DNA from: an uncultured Maribacter sp. | GTDB lineage: Bacteria; Bacteroidota; Bacteroidia; Flavobacteriales; Flavobacteriaceae | Length of the DNA: 64,000 nt | NCBI RefSeq assembly: GCF_963974015.1 | Contig: NZ_CAXBBZ010000007.1 | Location: forward strand, 64,126-128,125 | Direction of reading: 5' to 3' | In this document: in pieces, positions 58,501-64,000 of the stretch | How the letters are laid out: the number at the start of each line of letters is the position of its first letter | Numbering within the stretch: position 1 is the first letter of the stretch | The notes under the pieces: generated by a model | What the model was told of the DNA's origin: nothing | The model's database searches: none | What the model saw: only the letters and a program-made list of their open reading frames with translations | Made by a program: the position numbers and the translations under genes

Positions 58501-58664
58501 TTGACACCAGGTAATGGTGATGAATCTTCAGAACTAATTGTACCGGTTATGGTTTTTGATTGTGAAAATCCCACTGTTATAAACAATAAGAATACACATG
58601 TTATTTCACCAATGTAGTTAGGAAACCATCGTGCCTTTTTAATAATTTTTTTGTTTGTTACCAT
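55587..58664 (-). CDS. susC: SusC/RagA-family TonB-dependent outer-membrane transporter
   Basis: N-terminal carboxypeptidase-regulatory-like domain (ITGTISSEDSSPLPGVNIIVKG), plug motif VVVGYGTQRKEDLTGAVS, 1025 aa, C-terminal Phe. Confidence 0.93.
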   Translation of the reverse strand: MVTNKKIIKKARWFPNYIGEITCVFLLFITVGFSQSKTITGTISSEDSSPLPGVNIIVKGTSNGVVSDFDGFYSINATADDTLVYTYIGFATYEVLVGNKTTLNVSLQEDTETLDEVVVVGYGTQRKEDLTGAVSLVDTEEMVKQATNDVTQMMQGRVAGVSITSDGQPGASPNVRIRGVATFGAGTSAEPLYVVDGFPITGGIRDVNPNDIESVQVLKDATAGAIYGNRAANGVVIITTKNGKKGQKMSVELSTYFGIQQITQSLPVLDRAGYQMINAELLTNAGEAIVPGNDPNSPLFIDNIDTNWQKEGYKTGYIQNHNLNVSGGTENTSYYVSLDFLGNEGTLVGTGPDYNRTSLRANTEATLGKLTIGENLYFVHSDENPLFDTRSIQLPGGRPSLVNDLLQAAPTIPVFDENREGGYGGADSAIHQSITLNVPGINNLIENETEVNRILANIYGKYELFEGLDLKTSLQYDNSSIQEQVFVPQYDLGYFFPNPSAQLAFVSRNSSSFLIENTINWTKEFGKHNLSVLVGQTFQKNKFRRVRVVGSGLEKPYVKSLESAPDASAFDTREDNAISSYLSRLNYSYNDKYLLTANLRSDSSSKFSKELRQEYFPSVGLAWKLHNEFKLPDFITALKLRGGWGEVGNQEIFANYGYQATINRGIPYEFAFGGRPLGAAVTTAVDPSLKWETRITRSVGLDATLWNGALDLTAEYYTNTSEDVLLNQPIPLSNASVGNVILTNAGSIQNSGIELSAVWNQQFGEFNLQVAPNFYTVKNEVLSLGDIVEDITDGGARTVVGRSIGEHYGWVYDGIFQSQTEVDAAATQQPGTAAGDIRFKDLDGDNVITDADRTFLGKGLPTYYYGLNITAGYKNFDFTIFGQGSGGNLINSNLYRGLMPSSGYTNWHEDILNRWTPTNTNTDVPRVIFLDPNNNGRNSDRPGWLQSGDYFRINTISLGYSLPHAVIDKISLAKARFYVTLQNVAVFSNYKGYNPDFQAGVLGPGFDYGTYPRPLTTMLGAQFKF

Positions 58665-58688
58665 AGTTTGAGTGGTTTAAGTTTTATT

Positions 58689-58707
58689 AAGTGTATTTAT
58701 TACACAT
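58689..58707. promoter_or_regulatory. Candidate operator AAGTGT-N7-ACACAT upstream of susC
   Basis: Same 6-N7-6 architecture as 39080..39098, differing in one arm position. Lies 25-43 nt upstream of the susC start, in the susC/araR divergent region. Confidence 0.45.
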
Positions 58708-58722
58708 GTAAATTAAATAAAG

Positions 58723-58766
58723 AAAAATTACATTTGCAAATGAAAAGTTAAAATAAATGTAATTTT
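58723..58766. promoter_or_regulatory. 12-bp inverted repeat AAAATTACATTT / AAATGTAATTTT with a nested palindrome CATTTGCAAATG
   Basis: Arms at 58724..58735 and 58755..58766 are exact reverse complements. A perfect 12-bp palindrome lies at 58731..58742. A related ATGTAAATT lies at 58706..58714. Confidence 0.35.
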
Positions 58767-58895
58767 AACACTAAAAATTTCTATTGTATGTAGTATATGG
58801 TATCTAAGATTGAAAATTCCATAATTGACTATTTACCAAATAAGTGTTATACCTTAATTTATATCTTATTAAATTGCCATCGCAAAAATTAAGTA

Positions 58896-59588
58896 ATGGT
58901 ATTAAATAATTATAGTAAAGAAGATAAAGTACTGCTTGCAGTAGACTGTATCATTTTTGGTTTTGATAATGAAGAATTAAAAATTCTATTAGTACAAAGA
59001 GACTTTGAACCTGAAAAAGGAAAATGGTCATTAATTGGTGGATTTCTTAAAAAGGAGGAAAATTTGGATAAAGCAGCAATTCGAATACTTCATCATTTAA
59101 CTGGCCTTAATAATATTTATATGGAACAGGTGTATATCTTTTCTAAAGTAGATAGAGACCCTGCTGAAAGAACTATATCTGTTACTTACTATGCTTTAAT
59201 TGATATTGCAACCCATGATGAGAAGATTTTAAAACAAAACCCTATACAGTGGTTTAACCTAAAAGATGCTCCAAAACTTATTTTTGACCACAGTCTGATG
59301 GTTGAAAAAGCTATTGCAAGGCTACGTAGAAGAGCGTTAGGCAAACCTATAGGCTTTGAACTTTTACCTGAAAAATTTACAATGCGCCAGTTGCAAAAAT
59401 TATATGAAGCCATTCTTGAAACTAAACTTGATAAAAGGAACTTCATTAATAAGGTCATTTCTCAAGATATTTTAATAAAACTGGATGAAAAGGATATGAC
59501 TTCTTCTAAAAAAGGTGCTTATCTTTTTAAGTTCGATCAAGAAAAATACAACCGAAAAGTAGAAGACGGTTTCAACTTTAAAATTTAA
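58896..59588 (+). CDS. araR: Nudix-fold transcriptional regulator of arabinose utilization (Bacteroides AraR type)
   Basis: 230 aa. Degenerate Nudix box GFLKKEENLDKAAIRILHHLTGL, with the catalytic REUxEE glutamates replaced. C-terminal winged-helix-like region (FTMRQLQKLYEAILETKLDKRNFINK). Divergent from the arabinan susC. Confidence 0.8.
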   Translation: MVLNNYSKEDKVLLAVDCIIFGFDNEELKILLVQRDFEPEKGKWSLIGGFLKKEENLDKAAIRILHHLTGLNNIYMEQVYIFSKVDRDPAERTISVTYYALIDIATHDEKILKQNPIQWFNLKDAPKLIFDHSLMVEKAIARLRRRALGKPIGFELLPEKFTMRQLQKLYEAILETKLDKRNFINKVISQDILIKLDEKDMTSSKKGAYLFKFDQEKYNRKVEDGFNFKI

Positions 59589-59591
59589 AGA

Positions 59592-60581
59592 TTAATGAAA
59601 AACCGTTTTAAGAAAATCATCAATTCCTTTAACCGTAGGTTCAAACCAAGGGTTGTAAAGAACAAAGGAATGTGGTGCTGTCTCGAAAGAAATTACCTCA
59701 GAATAAATACTATTACTACGTAAAATATTAATGTAGTCTTCCCTACCCGCATGCATTCGAGCTACCGAACTATTCATAAATAAGGTTGGAGGAGTTTTAG
59801 AATTTACATAAGTTAATGGAGATGCCATCTTCCATAAACCAGGATTCTCTGCTTTACTATACCCAAACCAATGTGTGGCAGCAGAAGTCCCCTTACTATC
59901 ATCTCCTTCTCCACTTTCTGGATGTACAAAAGACAGTGTGCCATCTAAGTCAATAATAGCATTAACATGCGATGATATTTCTGAATTACAAACACCATTC
60001 TCGAATAGAAGTTTATTTGCCGTGGTTCCTAAAAAGGCAGCCAATTCACCACCTGCTGAAAAACCAGAAACTACAATTTTCTCAGGATCAATATTGTACT
60101 TAACAGCATTTTTACGCACCCAACGTATTACTGCTTTTAAATCGTAAACTGCTGAAGGGAACAAAGCTTCGGTAGACAATCGATATTCTGGTGTGATGCT
60201 AACATAGCCTTTATTTGCCAATTGTTGTGCTAACGGATAATGCTGAGCTCTGTTACCTGAACGCCAACCACCACCATGAATGATAATAATGGCTGTTCTT
60301 AATGCATTGGATTGAATTTTAGGCTGAAAAACATCAAGCTTCAAAGCTCTTTCGCCAAATGAACAATAGGTAATATCCTTTTCCTCTTGAACTGTGTCGA
60401 AATCAAATTCTTTAACAATCTTAATGTATGGATGTGTTTTAATATCCTTGGCAAATGCCGAAGTAGTAGTATATGAGGTATCACGTACTCCTGTAATTCC
60501 ATCAAGGTTTTGGGATGCAACGTAATTAAACATCATTACCATTATGAACGAAATAGCATACGTCAAAATCTTAAATTTCAT
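59592..60581 (-). CDS. Secreted alpha/beta-hydrolase esterase (fold-3 type)
   Basis: Oxyanion motif IIHGGGW, nucleophile elbow GFSAGG, signal peptide. Possible carbohydrate (acetyl/feruloyl) esterase by context only. Confidence 0.7.
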   Translation of the reverse strand: MKFKILTYAISFIMVMMFNYVASQNLDGITGVRDTSYTTTSAFAKDIKTHPYIKIVKEFDFDTVQEEKDITYCSFGERALKLDVFQPKIQSNALRTAIIIIHGGGWRSGNRAQHYPLAQQLANKGYVSITPEYRLSTEALFPSAVYDLKAVIRWVRKNAVKYNIDPEKIVVSGFSAGGELAAFLGTTANKLLFENGVCNSEISSHVNAIIDLDGTLSFVHPESGEGDDSKGTSAATHWFGYSKAENPGLWKMASPLTYVNSKTPPTLFMNSSVARMHAGREDYINILRSNSIYSEVISFETAPHSFVLYNPWFEPTVKGIDDFLKTVFH

Positions 60582-60946
60582 ACATTTTATTTACTTGACC
60601 GAAGTTGGCATAATACGCTCATTACCAAAAATTATTTTCCCAAAATTAGGTTTTTGTATTTTTAATTAAAGGTCCAATTCAAACTTATTTAATCTGAAAA
60701 TTTTCAACTACTAATTAAAATAAACCTACAATTATATAGAAAACTTTTGAATTAAGAGTATCTAATATCTTCAAGGAAATCTACTTTATTCGTTTACGAA
60801 AAGATTAAAATTAATAAAGTAAAATATTTAGCAATAAATCATTTCAAATTAACAACGAATAGACTTTTTAATACAACTAACTCTCTCAAAATAAATTTTT
60901 GAATCAATTTCAGTTATTATACGAAATAGATAAACTTACCCCATTT

Positions 60947-60958
60947 ATTAACGTTTAT
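60947..60958. promoter_or_regulatory. CG-centred imperfect palindrome ATTAACGTTTAT, candidate LacI-family operator
   Basis: 10 of 12 positions are palindromic around a central CG. Lies about 25 nt upstream of the ATG at 60983. Confidence 0.3.
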
Positions 60959-60982
60959 CGTATATTTATTATTCTATTTAAA

Positions 60983-62005
60983 ATGAGTAAGAAAACCACC
61001 ATTTACGATATTGCCAAAGAGCTACAAATCACAGCCGCTACTGTATCAAGGGCCCTAAACAACAATCCTAGAATCAGTAAGAACACACGTGAACTTGTAC
61101 TTGAAACAGCGGCACGAATGAATTATAAGCAGAATAGGCTGGCTTTGGCACTGAAAAGTGGAAAGAGTAATAATATTGGTGTTGTTGTACCCTACATTAA
61201 TAGAAATTTCTTTTCATCAGTTATAAGAGGCGTTGAAGACGAACTTTATCCTAAAGGCTATCATGTAATTATTTCTCAAACACATGAAGATAAGGACCGG
61301 GAGTTGAAAATTATTCAGAACTTACTTAATGCCCAAGTAGATGGCATTTTAATATCTACATCCTATACAAATGAAGAAAAAGACAAATTAGAACCTGCCC
61401 TAAAAAAATCTACACCGTTTATTTTCTTTGATAGAAAATTAGATTTTCCTGACATAAGTTCAGTTACTATAGATGACTACCAAGGGGCTTATGATGCTAC
61501 TAAACATCTCATAGACCAAGGATGTAAAAGAATAGCTCACTTTTATGTGAACAATGGTCTTGAACTTTATAAAAACAGATTGCTTGGTTATAAGAATGCG
61601 CTATTACAGAACGGATTAGAAGTTGTTCCAGAATATATTATTCCCTTAAAAAATGATATGGAAGCAGGCATAAAAGCTGCCGAAAAACTAATGAAACTTC
61701 CTTTACCACCAGATGCGATTTTCTCATCAACTGACAAGGGTCTTCTAGGGGCAATAAAGTATTTACAAAGTTTGTCCGTCAACATTCCCGATGATTTCTG
61801 TGTTGTTGGCTTCAGTAATGATCCATTCACACAATTCATGGAACCATCAATAAGCTCTGTAGACCAATCACCTCTAGAAATGGGAAGAATGGCCGCCAAA
61901 GTATTTTTAGAGCAAATGGCAAGTGAACAAACAGTGAAAATTCACAAAAAAGTTATACTTCCTGCTAAATTGGTTATCAGAAAGTCTTCCAGTAAAATTC
62001 AGTAG
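60983..62005 (+). CDS. LacI-family transcriptional regulator, probable hexuronate-locus regulator
   Basis: HTH TIYDIAKELQITAATVSRALNN plus a sugar-binding domain. The track ORF starts at a TTG at 60899, but the canonical LacI N-terminus begins at the ATG at 60983. Confidence 0.85.
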   Translation: MSKKTTIYDIAKELQITAATVSRALNNNPRISKNTRELVLETAARMNYKQNRLALALKSGKSNNIGVVVPYINRNFFSSVIRGVEDELYPKGYHVIISQTHEDKDRELKIIQNLLNAQVDGILISTSYTNEEKDKLEPALKKSTPFIFFDRKLDFPDISSVTIDDYQGAYDATKHLIDQGCKRIAHFYVNNGLELYKNRLLGYKNALLQNGLEVVPEYIIPLKNDMEAGIKAAEKLMKLPLPPDAIFSSTDKGLLGAIKYLQSLSVNIPDDFCVVGFSNDPFTQFMEPSISSVDQSPLEMGRMAAKVFLEQMASEQTVKIHKKVILPAKLVIRKSSSKIQ

Positions 62006-62024
62006 GAATGTTTTTTTATAAAAT

Positions 62025-63641
62025 TTAAAGAGAAACTCCCCTTTTCCAAGGGATGAAATCATCTTGACCCAATACATCTGCTTTTGCCTTTATTTCACCA
62101 CTGGCTACCTTAACAACATACTCTAAGATCTCTTCACCCATTTGTTGTATCGTTTTCTCACCACGGATGACAGCACCTGTATCAATATCAATAATATCAG
62201 GCATACGTTCTGCTAATATAGTATTTGAAGACACTTTTAAAACAGGTGTAATAGGATTACCCGTTGGTGTACCTAAACCAGTTGTAAATACAACTATATT
62301 GGCACCAGAACCTACCATACCAGTGGTACTTTCAACATCATTCCCTGGTGTGCAAAGCAGGTTCAAACCTGGCTTGGTTACATATTCACCATAGTCTAAA
62401 ATAGCTTCAATAGGGGAAGTGCCCCCTTTTTTAGCAGCACCCGCAGATTTCATTGCATCGGTGATTAAACCATCTTTTATATTTCCTGGAGAAGGATTCA
62501 TATCAAAGCCTGAACCAGCTGCCTCGGCCGATGCTTCATAAGCTTTCATCAATTTCATGAATCGAACGGCATCTTCATCATTGACACATCGATTAACTAG
62601 CTCCTGCTCTACCCCACAAAGTTCTGGAAATTCAGAAAGTATAGGAGATCCACCAACAGCTGCAAGAATATCTGAAGCATAACCCAATGCAGGATTAGCA
62701 GAAATTCCAGAAAAACCATCAGACCCTCCGCATTCCAATCCCATTTTCAATTTAGAAATAGAAGCGGGTTTACGTTCAATAGCATTCGCAGCTTTTATTC
62801 CTGCAAAAGAATCTTTAATAATTGTATTTAACATTTCATCGACGGTACCCATCTGTTGTTGCTCATAAATAAGTACCGGTTTTTTTAAATTGGGGTCAAT
62901 GTCATTCAAGGCATTTTTCAATAAATCGATTTGTAAATTTTGACATCCTAAACTTAAAACAGTAGCACCAGCAACATTAGGGTTTTTTACATACCCTGCC
63001 AACAATTTAGCCAAGGTTTGTGAATCTTGGCGAATACCACCACAGCCACCTTGGTGTGTAATAAATTTAACGTTAACATTGTCGAAAGTTTCACTGCTCG
63101 TTTCTGCTTTTCCATCATTGAAGTCCGCGTCATTTCCATTAATAAGATTACGTAACAATTGTCGTTGTTTACGCTCTTTACCCATAGATAATTCTTTTTC
63201 AAAAACTTCTTTAAGCACTTCTATATTTCGATTCTCACAGAAAACCAGAGGAAAAAAAAGCCACACATTTAGAGTACCTACTTGCCCGTCTGGCCTATGG
63301 TACCCCATAAATGTACGGTCTTTCCACTTAGAAATATCGGGTGCGTTCCAACTTACTGACCTTGTCTTTTTGGTCACCAAATCACTTTGGTGTTTTACAT
63401 TCTCGGTCGTTAGCACATCACCCTTTTTAATTGGAAACATGGCCTTACCTACCAAAACGCCATACATAAAAATTTGGTCCTCCTTATCCAAATCAACAAA
63501 TGCAATTTTATGTTTTGCTTTGGTATCGGATAGGATGTTTATCTCTTCACCTTCATATTGTATACAATCACCTTGCATTAAATCTACCAAGGCAATTGCT
63601 ACATTATCTTCAGCCTGAACTTTAATCAACTTTTTCTGCAT
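62025..63641 (-). CDS. uxaA: Altronate dehydratase
   Basis: N-terminal SAF-like domain (DNVAIALVDL..GD). The large C-terminal domain has FITHQGGCGG and ECGGSDGFSGISANP, typical of UxaA/GarD-type dehydratases. Confidence 0.85.
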   Translation of the reverse strand: MQKKLIKVQAEDNVAIALVDLMQGDCIQYEGEEINILSDTKAKHKIAFVDLDKEDQIFMYGVLVGKAMFPIKKGDVLTTENVKHQSDLVTKKTRSVSWNAPDISKWKDRTFMGYHRPDGQVGTLNVWLFFPLVFCENRNIEVLKEVFEKELSMGKERKQRQLLRNLINGNDADFNDGKAETSSETFDNVNVKFITHQGGCGGIRQDSQTLAKLLAGYVKNPNVAGATVLSLGCQNLQIDLLKNALNDIDPNLKKPVLIYEQQQMGTVDEMLNTIIKDSFAGIKAANAIERKPASISKLKMGLECGGSDGFSGISANPALGYASDILAAVGGSPILSEFPELCGVEQELVNRCVNDEDAVRFMKLMKAYEASAEAAGSGFDMNPSPGNIKDGLITDAMKSAGAAKKGGTSPIEAILDYGEYVTKPGLNLLCTPGNDVESTTGMVGSGANIVVFTTGLGTPTGNPITPVLKVSSNTILAERMPDIIDIDTGAVIRGEKTIQQMGEEILEYVVKVASGEIKAKADVLGQDDFIPWKRGVSL

Positions 63642-63657
63642 GGCTTCAATTTAAAAA

Positions 63658-64000
63658 CTAACTTAATTTTAAGAACGCTTCTTTGATTCCATATTCATCA
63701 ATCCTTTGTAAATATGTAGCGATAGCTTGAGTTAATCCTTCAATTTTATTCAAATCTTCATCCCAATATGCTGTCTTACCCAACACTTGAGATACTATTT
63801 TTTCCAATGAATCTAATTTCCAGATGGCAGCCATTTCTGCCACAATTTCCTTATCATCATTAATAGGTAATTCTTTTCCGTTCCAAGTACCCTTATAAAA
63901 GCGAATTAAACACGCAAAAGTAAACACTGTTCGCATTGGCAAACCGTCTGTTCGCCTAACATATTCTAGTAGACTAGGTAGTACCCTTACCTTGAACTTA
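63658..64000 (-). CDS. uxaB: Tagaturonate reductase (altronate oxidoreductase), C-terminal part; the 5' end lies outside the window
   Basis: The reading frame is open from 63658 to the window edge (KFKVRVLPSLLEYVRRTDGLPMRTVFTFACLIRFYKG...). It looks like the C-terminal helical domain of a mannitol-dehydrogenase-family enzyme and lies directly upstream of uxaA. Confidence 0.6.
   Translation of the reverse strand, partial: KFKVRVLPSLLEYVRRTDGLPMRTVFTFACLIRFYKGTWNGKELPINDDKEIVAEMAAIWKLDSLEKIVSQVLGKTAYWDEDLNKIEGLTQAIATYLQRIDEYGIKEAFLKLS

Noticed and set aside
60899-60982. 28-codon N-terminal extension of the LacI regulator from a TTG start
   Set aside because: LacI-family proteins begin directly with the HTH. 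The extension is hydrophobic and AT-rich and would cover the probable operator and promoter.
63079-63618. 179-aa plus-strand ORF inside uxaA
   Set aside because: It is a shadow ORF opposite a strongly supported dehydratase gene, with a Ser/Leu-rich nonsense-like composition.
1-64000. Search for tRNA/rRNA genes, CRISPR arrays, transposases, integrases, phage or defence-system genes
   Set aside because: No ORF shows transposase, integrase, nuclease-helicase, toxin-antitoxin or Cas-like motifs. I found no long exact direct or inverted repeats or cloverleaf-like GC-rich segments by eye. A computational scan (tRNAscan, Infernal, ISfinder, DefenseFinder) is still needed to confirm.

Overview
This is a low-GC chromosomal segment that looks like Bacteroidota, probably Flavobacteriia. 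The evidence is a SusC/SusD pair, many lipoprotein-type signal peptides, and a Nudix-type AraR. I saw no tRNA, rRNA, CRISPR array, transposase or phage gene. All family calls come from motifs read by eye; no database search was run.

The window splits into four blocks:
1. 1-8515: a stress/fermentation island. It holds five two-domain universal stress protein (Usp) paralogs interleaved with a ROK glucokinase, a thioredoxin, a D-lactate dehydrogenase, a small unknown protein and a decayed tandem copy of it. Four TGAY-N4-RTCA palindromes (Crp/Fnr-like) sit about 55-65 nt upstream of the operon starts.
2. 8608-22101: an L-rhamnose locus. It contains a GH78 rhamnosidase, a chimeric GntR/AraR-type regulator, rhaEW, a DUF3500-like lipoprotein, rhaI, a kinase, lldD and an NCS1-like permease.
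3. 22478-32215: a hexuronate-related block. It contains two divergent uxuA paralogs, an SDR-type uxuB, a DUF4861-like lipoprotein and a cytochrome-c-fused dehydrogenase-like protein. Further along are an EamA transporter, a SYLF-domain protein and a decayed SDR gene.
4. 32301-58664: a roughly 26-kb arabinan utilization locus, all on the minus strand. It runs susC, susD, an FG-GAP/ASPIC lipoprotein, GH51, three GH43, GH127, a GPH symporter, a cytoplasmic GH43, a GH39-like enzyme, then araB, araD, araA, galM and an SSS transporter. The divergent Nudix-type araR follows, then an esterase, a LacI regulator, uxaA and a partial uxaB.

Nothing resembles a known defence or toxin system. The best candidates for undescribed biology are:
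- the Fnr-box-linked Usp/glk/ldhA island;
- the exported DUF3500-like protein and NCS1-like permease embedded in the rhamnose operon;
- the DUF4861-like / heme-c dehydrogenase-like / double-uxuA cluster;
- the FG-GAP/ASPIC lipoprotein following susD, together with the shared AAGTGT-N7-ACACWT palindrome at the two arabinose promoters.
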